Below, one piece after another: positions 29,763-40,364 of a stretch of 64,000 nt of DNA. This stretch comes from an uncultured Gammaproteobacteria bacterium (GTDB lineage: Bacteria > Patescibacteriota > Microgenomatia > UBA10105 > UBA927): assembly GCA_964356315.1 (NCBI GenBank), contig CAYHHA010000002.1, forward strand, positions 3,824-67,823. Direction: 5' to 3'. A program made the position numbers and the translations under genes. The notes under the pieces were generated by a model. That model was not told the DNA's origin. It worked only from the letters and a program-made list of their open reading frames with translations, and searched no databases. The stretch's first letter is position 1. The number at the start of each line of letters is the position of its first letter.

Positions 29763-31532
29763 ATGAAACACCTTCATGTGCTGAGGAGTATGGGTTATTC
29801 GGGTTTCAAAAACCTGAGACATTTCCTAAAATTGTATGGTGTTATTGTTATCTGTTGTGTATCCGCCTTTATTGTACTTTGGCAATCTGCTCGAATAACT
29901 CCTCTTATAGATTATTCATATCAGGTAGAAAATGCTTTTCGCATATTTCAAGGAGATATGCCGTATAGAGACTTTTTCTTGGTTGTAGGTCCTGGAACGT
30001 ATGAGGTTATGGCAACGCTTATGCATATAACAAATGGGTACAATCATATGGTTCAGATATATTTCACTATGATTGTTTCCGTTTGTACAATCATATTAAC
30101 GTATAGGATTTTACTGCTTATTGGTATACGCCCTTTGGTTTCGATCTTTATGGTTTTTCCTCTTCTGTTTTCGGGTCAAAGTATTTATCCATTTCCACTA
30201 TATGATCCAAATGTGATGCTTGTCATGTTATTGGCAACGTATATTTTCTTATATCTCAGGAAGCATGAGATATGTGCTCTAGCATGGTACTCAATCGCAG
30301 GAGCTGCTTGTGCAGTTCCCATATTTTTTAAGCAAAATACTGGTGGAATTTTTTTCCTATCAACAGCTGGTGTGTTGTTGCTTTCGGTGATAGTTGATAG
30401 AAACCGTCGAGCTGTTCATTCATTTATTGCGTTCATGTTCGGTGGAATCGTTGTAATAGCTGGTATTTTTTTGTGGCTTCTCATAAACAATGCACTCGAT
30501 CAATTTATATTTCAAACCTTAATTTTCCCCAGATATTCCAAAAACCCTATGGACGCGATTCGTATAATTTTATATCAATATGTTGAATATTGGGATTTGT
30601 ACCGGGCTAATTGGAGGTTTTCGATTATTAGCACCGGAATATTTGCTGGACTTCTCGCATGGCAGACTTTTATAAAAAAGACTTTTCTTCACAAGAGCCC
30701 CTCATTTTTTTCTGTATTAATTATCACTCTGTTTTCAGGAATGTATTTTGTACATATATTCAAAGACACTGATCCAATCGCACTTCACCATTCTTTTATT
30801 CTTTGGATATGGGTTACTCTAACAATCGGAGGAATTATCTCTATGATGGTTTCCCGATTTAAACATGCATCTGACGATGTTAGTATGATATTTTTCCCAA
30901 TAGTATTTATAACAAGTGTCCATGCGACATTTTTATCTCATGGTATTGTTGATTCAAGCCAGCATATGTGGCCGTTTGCTATTGTATTACTGGGATATAT
31001 ATTCAATGCAGTTAAATCACATATAACGTTTCGTTTTTGGCAATCATTGGGCTTTTGTATACTCATAATGCTATCTGCAATTCTTGCAAGATCCGTGATA
31101 CAGAATTACTCTATGGGTTTTATAGACTCCTCTGGGGAAATGGGATATGCGACAAGAAAAGAACTGTTGGGACTAGGTACGCCAGGAACTTGGATTTTAA
31201 ATTTTGAAGCGATGCTTAAATACACTGATATTAATATTCCAAAAAATTCCAGCGTTGCATTTTTACCCGGAGAAGATCCATTTTTTGCGGCTTCTGGCAG
31301 AAAAAATCCACTTCAGTTTTCTCTTCTTCATGCAGGAGTCTATACATTGCAACCATCTATGGTTGTAAACGAGTTGTTGGAGAAGAATGTTCAATGGATC
31401 GTCGCAAAAAATACACAACAAACATATCCTTGGTTATGGATATCCAATTGGGAGGATATTTCAAAATGGGTAAAACAAAGTTATTCGATCGTTGTTACAA
31501 TAGGGAATTACGATATATATAAAAAAATATAA
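29763..31532 (+). CDS. polytopic membrane protein, GT-C (ArnT/PMT-like) glycosyltransferase candidate
   Basis: about 13 TM; D..Y...A..I..G.MPYRDFF...GPG loop after TM1, FKQN motif, soluble C-terminal domain. Confidence 0.6.
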   Translation: MKHLHVLRSMGYSGFKNLRHFLKLYGVIVICCVSAFIVLWQSARITPLIDYSYQVENAFRIFQGDMPYRDFFLVVGPGTYEVMATLMHITNGYNHMVQIYFTMIVSVCTIILTYRILLLIGIRPLVSIFMVFPLLFSGQSIYPFPLYDPNVMLVMLLATYIFLYLRKHEICALAWYSIAGAACAVPIFFKQNTGGIFFLSTAGVLLLSVIVDRNRRAVHSFIAFMFGGIVVIAGIFLWLLINNALDQFIFQTLIFPRYSKNPMDAIRIILYQYVEYWDLYRANWRFSIISTGIFAGLLAWQTFIKKTFLHKSPSFFSVLIITLFSGMYFVHIFKDTDPIALHHSFILWIWVTLTIGGIISMMVSRFKHASDDVSMIFFPIVFITSVHATFLSHGIVDSSQHMWPFAIVLLGYIFNAVKSHITFRFWQSLGFCILIMLSAILARSVIQNYSMGFIDSSGEMGYATRKELLGLGTPGTWILNFEAMLKYTDINIPKNSSVAFLPGEDPFFAASGRKNPLQFSLLHAGVYTLQPSMVVNELLEKNVQWIVAKNTQQTYPWLWISNWEDISKWVKQSYSIVVTIGNYDIYKKI

Positions 31533-31594
31533 TATTGTATTGACTGTAGACGTGAATTGTGGGAAAGTATGAAGATTAACTTGCCTCATCTTAC

Positions 31595-32767
31595 ATGGAT
31601 ATATTTTCAAATTCTTCAAAATTATCTCTAGCACGTGCGACCCTTTTCCAAAATACGCCCATTTATGTTCAGTTTTATATAACTGCACGATGCAATCTTA
31701 CGTGCCAGCAATGTAATATCAGATACGCAAATGCAGACATGCGGGAGTGTACTCTGGAAGAAATAAAAAAAATTGCTGATAACTTCGCCTCAATAGGAGT
31801 CGCTATGGTCCTTCTCACTGGAGGAGAGCCATTTGTTCGAGCTGATTTACCGGAGATTATCCGAGAATTTGAATCTCGAGGAATTCATGTTCGAATGCAA
31901 ACAAACGGACTTGCATCAAAGGAAGCTATTCAAAAAGTTATCGAATATGGCGGCAAAGACATATCTATATCATTAGACTCACTTTCTCAAAAAACACAAG
32001 ATTCGATAAATGGAGGATTCATACGTTCATGGAATCGAGCGATTGAATCCATTTCGTATTTTACCCAGTATTTGCCAAAGAAAGACAGTTTTGCATCCCT
32101 AGGGTGCGTGATCCAGCGAGATAATTTAGATGACATAGAGGATGTTATTCGATTTGGCACAAAGATCGGTTGGCATACTTCGTTGGTTCCTATACACGTA
32201 TCGGATACCTTTCACCCATTGGGATTTCGCACATACAACAAATCATTGCGATTTCGTGAGTCCGAATTTTCGAAAGTTCACGCTTTGGTCGAGCGCGTAC
32301 GAGAAATGAGAAATGAAGGATATCTATTATATGATAGTGATCAATATCTGGATGATATAAAGCTATTTATTCAAGGTAAACCAACCGCATGGAGAAATAA
32401 AAATGGTGGGGTATGCGATAGTCCAAATTTATACTTTGCAGTGTTACCAAACGGAGATTTTGCTCCCTGCTGTGATTGGAGAATGCCGAGCTCTAGTCAC
32501 ACGTATTCAAGCGATTTCCCTACCATGTATAGAGATCGATTTTTTCGAAGCGATGTGTATGCAATAACAAGTGCATGTGAAGGGTGCATGTATGGGAGTT
32601 ATCCTGAGATGACAATTTCTATGCGATATTGGAAGGCAAAATTGCAGAGGATAAAAACATTTGTGACACATCCTGTTCAAAAAAATTGGCCGGTATCATA
32701 CGAAGAGATGATTACTTTAGCAAAACAGATTTCTAAAGACAAAAGACATAGTATTTCAAAACGATAA
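31595..32767 (+). CDS. radical SAM enzyme with SPASM/twitch-like C-terminal cysteines
   Basis: CNLTCQQC, TGGEP, TNG, C...NGDFAPCC...CEGC. Confidence 0.9.
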   Translation: MDIFSNSSKLSLARATLFQNTPIYVQFYITARCNLTCQQCNIRYANADMRECTLEEIKKIADNFASIGVAMVLLTGGEPFVRADLPEIIREFESRGIHVRMQTNGLASKEAIQKVIEYGGKDISISLDSLSQKTQDSINGGFIRSWNRAIESISYFTQYLPKKDSFASLGCVIQRDNLDDIEDVIRFGTKIGWHTSLVPIHVSDTFHPLGFRTYNKSLRFRESEFSKVHALVERVREMRNEGYLLYDSDQYLDDIKLFIQGKPTAWRNKNGGVCDSPNLYFAVLPNGDFAPCCDWRMPSSSHTYSSDFPTMYRDRFFRSDVYAITSACEGCMYGSYPEMTISMRYWKAKLQRIKTFVTHPVQKNWPVSYEEMITLAKQISKDKRHSISKR

Positions 32768-32770
32768 CCT

Positions 32771-33991
32771 ATGCCAAAATTCCCACCGTACGAAAGCGCA
32801 GTACACCACTTCTTACTTCAGGCAAAACGTATATCAGAAATTGAACGATTGTTTAGTCCGTTGTCCTATGTTCAATGGCAAAAATTTATAGCATCATTTA
32901 AATTTGAAAAAATAAATTCGAAAACAATTGGAATCAAGTGGAGATATCCTAAATCGGGCGAGGCAACGTTTTTGATTGATCGCGCTGTATATTATACGCG
33001 AGGTGATACCACAGAGTCAGAGAAGAATCAAAAAAAGAATAAACTCATTTTTTCTGAAGATGAGGTAAAAAATGCAAATGATAGATTGTTTTTTGGGCTT
33101 GTTGTAGGTGTTGCGAAAAAAGCAGGCTTGCATATCCACAAAGAAAATACTCCACATATATTTTATGATGGACGATCGATAAAGAGATTTTACGATGAAG
33201 AACATTTATCTGATGATTGGGCGAAAAGTATTCGCGTTTCCGATATTGATGTTGTTCAGATGAATGAGTCATGTACCGCTCCAGAAATGCGTTTCATTAT
33301 GAAGAGATTGGGAAATATCAAAGGAAAATCTTTGTTGGATATTGGATGCGGGCTAGGAGAGGCGAGTGTCTACTTCGCTTTAAAAGGAGCACGTGTTCTG
33401 TCTATGGATATATCTCATTTTATGACGGATACAACTGTGAAATTAGCAAAGGCAAATGGAGTAACAGTCCGCACACACCAGTCATCTATCGAACACTTTA
33501 AACTCGCGAAGCCAGAAAAGTTTGATATTATTTATGTCGGAAATTTATTCCATCATGTTGATATCGATAAAGCGCTTCAGCATATTGTTCGTTATCTAAA
33601 ATCAGACGGGATCTTGGTTAGCTGGGAGCCTGTCGCGTATAACCCGATTATAAATATATATAGAAGAATTGCGACCAAAGTAAGGTCGAAAGATGAACGG
33701 CCTATCAAAATAGCAGACTTAGAAAAATTTCATACATATTTTTCTCGAGTGGAAACAACATGGTACTGGTTAACGACGCTGATAATCTTCATACTTATGG
33801 CAGTTGTCCAGCGCAGAAATCCGAACACTGAGAGATATTGGAAATCCGTGGTGAAAGAAGGGAGCTCATGGAGGTGGATACATGTTCCTCTCTCAAAAAT
33901 AGATTCCGCACTCTTGAAGCTGATACCACCTCTTCGGTATTTATGTTGGAATATAGTAATTATTGCCTCAAAGCCAAAAAAATCTCATTGA
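32771..33991 (+). CDS. class I SAM methyltransferase with about 130-aa N-terminal extension
   Basis: LLDIGCGLG, FDIIY...FHH, EP..YNP..N.YR. Confidence 0.82.
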   Translation: MPKFPPYESAVHHFLLQAKRISEIERLFSPLSYVQWQKFIASFKFEKINSKTIGIKWRYPKSGEATFLIDRAVYYTRGDTTESEKNQKKNKLIFSEDEVKNANDRLFFGLVVGVAKKAGLHIHKENTPHIFYDGRSIKRFYDEEHLSDDWAKSIRVSDIDVVQMNESCTAPEMRFIMKRLGNIKGKSLLDIGCGLGEASVYFALKGARVLSMDISHFMTDTTVKLAKANGVTVRTHQSSIEHFKLAKPEKFDIIYVGNLFHHVDIDKALQHIVRYLKSDGILVSWEPVAYNPIINIYRRIATKVRSKDERPIKIADLEKFHTYFSRVETTWYWLTTLIIFILMAVVQRRNPNTERYWKSVVKEGSSWRWIHVPLSKIDSALLKLIPPLRYLCWNIVIIASKPKKSH

Positions 33992-33994
33992 AAT

Positions 33995-35026
33995 CTATTT
34001 CTGTATAAACATTGCGTCTCCAAAGCTATAGAATCGGTAATTTGCATCTATCGCTTTCTGATACGCATTTTTTATGAGTGTAGTTCCTGCAAATGCACTT
34101 ACCAATACGATGAGTGTTGATTTAGGGAGATGAAAATTTGTAAGCATAGCATCCACAATAGAAAATGCATATCCTGGAGTGATAAAAATGTTAACATCTC
34201 CCGAGAATTCAGAAAGAATACCGTCATGTACTGCTGCTACTCCTTCGAGCGATCTGACCGTTGTGGTTCCTACAGCCACAATGCGTCGTTTATTTTTTTT
34301 TGCTGAATTTATTTGTTCTGCAGTCTGTTTTGAGATGTGCACCCATTCGCTATGCATCACATGGGATTCTAGTGTCTCTGTCTTTATCGGCATAAACGTA
34401 CCTATCCCCACATGAAGCGTAATTTCTATAATCTGGATGCCCTTTTCTTTGATTTGTTGGAGTATCGAATCAGTAAGATGGAATCCTGCTGTGGGAGCTG
34501 CGACTGAACCAACTTGTGAGGCGTATACTGTTTGATACGATCCATCTGTTGGAATTTTTTTGATGTATGGTGGCACAGGGATTTCCCCATATGTATTTGC
34601 CAGCGCGATAACTTCTTCGTACGGTTTATTAAATGTGAGTCGAAACATTCCTTGCTCATCTTTATTTATAATGCTTGCATCAAAAAATTCAGCGATATGT
34701 ATCGTATCGTGTACACGAATTTTTTTGCCAGGTTTCCCGAGTGCCATCCATTGATTGTCATGTACTGGACGAATGAGAAAAATTTCTACCGTTGCGCCGC
34801 TAGGTGTTTTTCCATGTAATCTGGCTTTGAATACTTTTGTGTTGTTGATAACTAACACATCAGTAGTATTGAGGAACGACACAAAGTCCTTTACATAGGA
34901 AAGTTGTATAGACTCTTTTGGAGTATCTAGTACCATGAGATTTGCTGACTCTCTTGGGTTGGCTGGAAATTGAGCGATCCTCTCTGGAGGTAAAATGAAT
35001 GAAAAATTATCAATCGGTTGATTCAT
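33995..35026 (-). CDS. queA: S-adenosylmethionine:tRNA ribosyltransferase-isomerase
   Basis: LPPERIAQ, NNTKVFKARL, PPYI, YQTVYA, GSVAAPTAGFH, VGTTTVRSLE, TNFHLPKSTL, YRFYSFGDAM. Confidence 0.97.
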   Translation of the reverse strand: MNQPIDNFSFILPPERIAQFPANPRESANLMVLDTPKESIQLSYVKDFVSFLNTTDVLVINNTKVFKARLHGKTPSGATVEIFLIRPVHDNQWMALGKPGKKIRVHDTIHIAEFFDASIINKDEQGMFRLTFNKPYEEVIALANTYGEIPVPPYIKKIPTDGSYQTVYASQVGSVAAPTAGFHLTDSILQQIKEKGIQIIEITLHVGIGTFMPIKTETLESHVMHSEWVHISKQTAEQINSAKKNKRRIVAVGTTTVRSLEGVAAVHDGILSEFSGDVNIFITPGYAFSIVDAMLTNFHLPKSTLIVLVSAFAGTTLIKNAYQKAIDANYRFYSFGDAMFIQK

Positions 35027-35093
35027 GATATGTATTGTATCGTAAATCCGAAAAGCTCGATATACCGCTGTATTTACAGTATAATGACAGTTC

Positions 35094-35792
35094 ATGGCAC
35101 AGCTTAGAGTTCTCACTTATAACGTTCAAACAGGAAAACGTATAGATCTCATTATCGATTGGTTAAATAGGATTCCTGACACTGATATTATTTGCCTTCA
35201 GGAATTTCCAAAAGATAAAATTATCGAATGTAAAGAATTGTTAAGTAGGGTTCCATACGGATATGCGTATGCCGAGGCGTTTACGTTTCGAAAACGAACG
35301 TTCGGGGAGCTAACCATATATAGGAAGGACCGATTAAAATCTGTCCACTGCGACAGTATCCCTCTCGGAATAAACGGCATGGAACGCAGAATTCTACGAA
35401 CTACTATCCCAAGAAGTTGTTTGTCGCTAAAAGGAACATTGGAAGGTCAACAAATTATTGTGGTCAATATCCATGTTGTTGCATTGGCAATGAACGCAGT
35501 TAAATATACTCAAGTAGAACAATTGATTGAAAATCTTCGAAAGATTCAATTGCCAATCATACTTCTAGGGGATTTTAATATTTCTAGCATACTTGGAAAA
35601 AAGCGATTACTGATCCAGTTAAAGAAAGCAGGATACACGGCGCATCCAAACAAAATTACTACACACAGAGTTGGGATAATTCGACATCAATTTGATTATG
35701 TTTTTGGGAAAAAATGTCAAATTATAGAGCAAAAAGCAGAGCGAATTAAGTACTCTGACCATTATCCTGTCCGCGCTGTTTGTGAATTCTAG
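35094..35792 (+). CDS. endonuclease/exonuclease/phosphatase (EEP) family protein
   Basis: LTYNV, DIICLQE, NIH, LGDFN, DYVF, SDHYP. Confidence 0.9.
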   Translation: MAQLRVLTYNVQTGKRIDLIIDWLNRIPDTDIICLQEFPKDKIIECKELLSRVPYGYAYAEAFTFRKRTFGELTIYRKDRLKSVHCDSIPLGINGMERRILRTTIPRSCLSLKGTLEGQQIIVVNIHVVALAMNAVKYTQVEQLIENLRKIQLPIILLGDFNISSILGKKRLLIQLKKAGYTAHPNKITTHRVGIIRHQFDYVFGKKCQIIEQKAERIKYSDHYPVRAVCEF

Positions 35793-36754
35793 ATAACGAC
35801 TTCCATAAGTCGACAAAGCTCCTCTACTGAGCAGGTGGCAAGGCACGTTGTTGTATCGGCGGCACCATAATAAATACCGAGAGTATCGTTGTGGATGACC
35901 GCTCCTGTTGGGAAGATAACGTTTGCAATATTTCCAGCTCTCTCATACTCCATTTCCGGAAATAATATTGGATCATGCATTCTTTTTAGAATTTTTTGCG
36001 GGTTTTGTTTGTCGACTATCACAGCTTCTATTCCAAAAAATTTATGTGAAGTGTTATAGCTTTTTATATAGCTATAGATAATAAGCCAACCTTCTCGTAT
36101 TAAAAGGGGCGGAGCTCCAATTTCTACATGATCATGTGTTGTCCGAAGGAGGGAAAGTGCATGTGATGGTAAAGATTTATACCAGTCATTCCAAAATGAA
36201 TGGTTCCATAGGTCTGATAGAGAGTCGACGTACGCAATACCGATTGTTGAAGGGGGAAGATCGGAGTTTGCCGTTATGAGGGCAGCAAATTTATTGTTAA
36301 TTTTTTCGGGGAAAAGAGTCAGTGCCTTTGAATTAAACGGCGTTGCATGAAATTTGTGATCAATGGTAAAGAAATCCTTTGTTGTAGCAATCCCTACAGA
36401 TATTCCGCTAGGAGCTGGTGGCCACTGCGAGAGGGCAGTGTAGCTGATGTAAAACGTATCATCGATCTGGGTGATACGTGGGTCTTCACAGCCGAATTTT
36501 TCCCAAGGTTCAGTTGGGGATATTAATTGTCTTCTATTGAGATATGATACGCGATCAAAACTGATCGCATGCCCGATTGTTGATAGTTCAAGTGTTTTGG
36601 ACTCAATAGTTAAAGGAGTTGACTGCGCTCTATAGAGCATGTGATACCCATCTGTTGATTGGATGGGGCACCCGTTGAAAGACCCATTTTTTTCCCAAGG
36701 TAAATCTGATGGTGTAAGAATCGGATTGTGTGCAAACCGAAGTGCTAATGACAT
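35789..36754 (-). CDS. GH130 glycoside phosphorylase/hydrolase
   Basis: NPILTP, MLYRA, GCEDPRIT, SKALTLFPEKIN, NVIFPTGA, YYGAAD. Confidence 0.87.
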   Translation of the reverse strand: MSLALRFAHNPILTPSDLPWEKNGSFNGCPIQSTDGYHMLYRAQSTPLTIESKTLELSTIGHAISFDRVSYLNRRQLISPTEPWEKFGCEDPRITQIDDTFYISYTALSQWPPAPSGISVGIATTKDFFTIDHKFHATPFNSKALTLFPEKINNKFAALITANSDLPPSTIGIAYVDSLSDLWNHSFWNDWYKSLPSHALSLLRTTHDHVEIGAPPLLIREGWLIIYSYIKSYNTSHKFFGIEAVIVDKQNPQKILKRMHDPILFPEMEYERAGNIANVIFPTGAVIHNDTLGIYYGAADTTTCLATCSVEELCRLMEVVI

Positions 36755-36763
36755 ACTATCAAT

Positions 36764-38611
36764 TTAATGTAAGACCGGTCTTCCTGACAATGGCGTCAGA
36801 GTTGCTGCAGTATCATGAGTCAGATGATCCATAAAATCATCAAGCGGGGCTGTGGCGATGCACGTAACCGTATCAGCTCCGCCATAGTAGACATGGAGTC
36901 TGTTTCCAACAATAGCCGAACCGCATGGATATGCGACACCAGCTTTAAATCCTTCGTTTTCATACCATTCTGTGGGTTCAAGAATTGGTTTTACTGATCT
37001 ATGAAGTACTTTTGCTGGATTATTTTTATCCAGAAGCATAGCCCCCATTTTATATCTATATGAATCATTGTCGCCAACCGCCTGATAGATAAGAAGCCAT
37101 CCTTCTGGAGTGTCAAGTGGTGTCGCTCCTACGCCAACTTTTCTACTATCCCAAAATCCGGGTCGAGGCGATATTTTATCATGACCAACTAACCACTTTG
37201 TTTCACCATCAAAATTCAAATCATCCACATAATCTACGAGGATATGAGGAAATATTCTGTGAAATAACACATATTTCCCATTGATCTTTTCTGGAAGTAA
37301 ACAGGCATTTTTATTTACCTGACCTGGTCTCGAGATAAGTACGGGTTTTTGCCAATTCCAATTATGCGCAACAAAATCTTTCACATCTATGGAAGACAGC
37401 GCGACTCTTGGCTCACTCCATCCGTTATATGCGACATAGGTCATATAAATTTTATCATCCAATTTTGTGAGCCTTGGATCTTCACACCCTCCTGAGCATC
37501 CACCACCTGATGCAAATGGGGAATATTCGCCACCGCCCGTATATGGAGAGCTACTTTCAAATGATGCTGTGGGGACATATGCAGGCATATCAAGTCGTTC
37601 ATCAAAATTAATACCATCTTCACTAGATGCATATCCAAGCACGGATACATCTTCGTTGCCGATCGCGCGGTATAACATATGAACACGGCCTTCGGCATAC
37701 ACAGCTCCTGGATTAAAGACCGCTCTTGATTCCCAAAAATGATCCACAATAGGCTTGATAATTGGATTGCTTGTTAATTTGTTTAGTAAAAATGCAGGTT
37801 TATTTGCTTGATAGGAGCCTAAGCTTGCAAACTGTGGATGAGTAATTGCGAATAGCCCATCTGTGTCAGATACCCAGTATGAGATGTAAGAGTCAGCAAA
37901 TGCAAGAAGTCCAACGGGTAATGCGTGTTTTTCGTGCCATGACTGTGGTGATTCCCAAATAGGTTCGTTATATGCTCTGAGTATTTTTCTCGGGTTTTCC
38001 TTATCAAATAATACTGCTTGAATTGCTGTCGATTTTTCTTTAAAAACATAATACAACATGAGAATGCCATCTTTTGCCACTTGAGCGTGTGCGACATGAA
38101 CAGGGAATTCTCCAAAAAAATCTTTATGAGCAGCAAGAACTGGTTCCGGATCCAAATTCCAAGAAACCAGATCGTTTGATGTCGCAATTGAAATCTCATT
38201 TTCTCCGGTATACATAACGAATCCGCCCTGATGAGTATAATTATCAACAATGACACCAGTTTCTTTTATATTTGAAGCTCTGCCGATTCTCTGAAATCTG
38301 ATAAGATCTTTTGAAGTTGCCACATAGGTACTGGTAAACTTTTCTTTTCGATATTTGAATAAGAGGATGTATTTATCTCCGACTTTTGAAATACGGAAAT
38401 CCTGGCATTTATGAGGATTCACATTTCGACGTTTTTCATCTACGATTTTTGTCGCATTAGTATGCGGTATAAAGGTAAATCCATCCTGACTACTGTCAGT
38501 TTGGAAAAATTTTTCGTTCTCTTCTGCGGTGTGATAGAGAAAAATAGATGTGCCATTTGAAGCAACGCCCAAAGGCACGGTATCATTGGAGATCCGTGAG
38601 TTCTGATCCAT
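36764..38611 (-). CDS. double-domain GH130 protein (degenerate N-terminal plus intact C-terminal propeller)
   Basis: C-half AVFNPGA, MLYRA, GCEDPR, NKNACLLPEKING, YYGGAD; N-half shows only remnant motifs. Confidence 0.83.
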   Translation of the reverse strand: MDQNSRISNDTVPLGVASNGTSIFLYHTAEENEKFFQTDSSQDGFTFIPHTNATKIVDEKRRNVNPHKCQDFRISKVGDKYILLFKYRKEKFTSTYVATSKDLIRFQRIGRASNIKETGVIVDNYTHQGGFVMYTGENEISIATSNDLVSWNLDPEPVLAAHKDFFGEFPVHVAHAQVAKDGILMLYYVFKEKSTAIQAVLFDKENPRKILRAYNEPIWESPQSWHEKHALPVGLLAFADSYISYWVSDTDGLFAITHPQFASLGSYQANKPAFLLNKLTSNPIIKPIVDHFWESRAVFNPGAVYAEGRVHMLYRAIGNEDVSVLGYASSEDGINFDERLDMPAYVPTASFESSSPYTGGGEYSPFASGGGCSGGCEDPRLTKLDDKIYMTYVAYNGWSEPRVALSSIDVKDFVAHNWNWQKPVLISRPGQVNKNACLLPEKINGKYVLFHRIFPHILVDYVDDLNFDGETKWLVGHDKISPRPGFWDSRKVGVGATPLDTPEGWLLIYQAVGDNDSYRYKMGAMLLDKNNPAKVLHRSVKPILEPTEWYENEGFKAGVAYPCGSAIVGNRLHVYYGGADTVTCIATAPLDDFMDHLTHDTAATLTPLSGRPVLH

Positions 38612-38758
38612 ACAAAAATAATGACAAAAAAATGAGCGACTACTATCTGTAAATTACACCGTTTTTCTCTCTCTGTATATACCCATTTTGTTACAGGATA
38701 TCATTTTTTGTGCGATAGCATGACGCTAAACAGACCAAGTGGGGCAGAACCAGATTTA

Positions 38759-40297
38759 TCAGAATTTTTTAAGGACATAGAGAAATATTTTCGTGATACT
38801 CTCTATCTCTTTTCTGCTTTCTGTTCCGAGTGCGACTCGGATAAAAGGGGTGTTTGGGGTGCTTCTTACGGCAGTCAGATAAATTCGCGTAGTATTTAGG
38901 CCAAAACTTGTGCCTGAAACGATAGATACACGCTGTTTTTTTGCGCTATGGAGTACGAGTTCTATAAAGCGCTTGTAGCTTTTTACCGTTTGGTATTTTT
39001 TGGTAAATTCAATGGTGAAGAAGCTTCCATGAAATACATCCTCTCGGGTCCAGTTGTACGACGGATGATCAGGGAGGCCTGGATAGTGAATTTTTACAAA
39101 CGGTGATCCGGGATTTTCATACATCCACGTGCTCAGTTTTTCTGAAAGAATGTGTGCGTTTCTGCCGAGTCTCAGAAGTCGTTTCACAAGAATCTTTTTA
39201 TTTGGTGTAGGGAGAGATGCGACCAGTATATCCGGAGCGTTCGTTCCCGTGTGCACTCGGTAGTCAAATAATTTTCCCGTGTCTCCTCCATATGTCCAAA
39301 AAATTCCTCCCGTGACCCTGTCCATGCCGTACTGATGATATTTATTGAGACTTTCAAATACGATAAGAGAGAGCTTGCTAAATTTCCCAAAGACCAATGG
39401 GAACGGCTGAAGCATCACAGAAAGGCATGTATTATCTATGATAAGAATTGTTTCTTTCTTCACATTAGTCACAATATAGTTAATTATCTTTTTCAGATCC
39501 GGCACTGCTATGGTCGGCATATTTGCAAGGCTATCAAGCACAATGACAGAGGGCTTGTTCAGTTCTATATTTTGGAGAATTGAATCGGTGTCATGTTCAT
39601 CTATTTCTATACAATTTTTTTGAACAGACCTCTGTAGTAATGCTTTGTTTTCAAAATAGATCGATTTTCCAATAAGCACAGGTCCATTGATTTTCTTTTC
39701 CAATATCAAATACGTAAGAATTGTAGAGAATGCGGCCATTCCACTGGACGTGATACATGCTTGAATTGGGAGCGTGAACAGGCCATGTATCAACGATTTT
39801 TTAAATGCTCGTTCATAGTTGCCTGCGTCCCAATGTTGGTCCCGTTTGTAATCGTTAATTGTTGCGTAAATACTTCCTTCCTGACGGCCAGCCTGGCTTT
39901 TTATTGAATGGGCTATGGATGGTGATTGCCAGTCAGAGCTCGTGATAAGCGCTCCTAGCCTGGTTTGGTGTGTACGCAGTAGCTCTCTGGATTCTGTTAT
40001 AGAAGAAATAATTGAATCAAGAAATATATCTGATGAAATTTTTTGTAAATTGAGAGATTGTTCATCCATTACCTGTAAAAGATTTGTATAAAATTGAGAA
40101 AGTGCATTTGCCTCGTGTTCAATCCGGAGGATTGTAGACTCATATAGGTATTTTTTTGCCTTTTGAATATCAGACTGGAATGTTTGAATTTTATATAGCG
40201 CATCGTTTGCCAGATATTGAATTTCTTCAAGATCATCTTTGCAATCGATTATCGTTTCTAAAAATACGTGGTCAGATGGAGGAATTTTTATTGACAT
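38759..40297 (-). CDS. PLP-dependent Cys/Met metabolism family enzyme with N-terminal helical extension
   Basis: SSGMAAF, Y.E, DSLANMP, LIIDNT, ESLNKY (PLP lysine), IHYPGL, IRVALG.E. Confidence 0.8.
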   Translation of the reverse strand: MSIKIPPSDHVFLETIIDCKDDLEEIQYLANDALYKIQTFQSDIQKAKKYLYESTILRIEHEANALSQFYTNLLQVMDEQSLNLQKISSDIFLDSIISSITESRELLRTHQTRLGALITSSDWQSPSIAHSIKSQAGRQEGSIYATINDYKRDQHWDAGNYERAFKKSLIHGLFTLPIQACITSSGMAAFSTILTYLILEKKINGPVLIGKSIYFENKALLQRSVQKNCIEIDEHDTDSILQNIELNKPSVIVLDSLANMPTIAVPDLKKIINYIVTNVKKETILIIDNTCLSVMLQPFPLVFGKFSKLSLIVFESLNKYHQYGMDRVTGGIFWTYGGDTGKLFDYRVHTGTNAPDILVASLPTPNKKILVKRLLRLGRNAHILSEKLSTWMYENPGSPFVKIHYPGLPDHPSYNWTREDVFHGSFFTIEFTKKYQTVKSYKRFIELVLHSAKKQRVSIVSGTSFGLNTTRIYLTAVRSTPNTPFIRVALGTESRKEIESITKIFLYVLKKF

Positions 40298-40364
40298 GAT
40301 ATGGGTACCAATTCAGGCCCTTGTTTTGCAAATGTTACGAGTACATTATATCATTGCAACTGAT

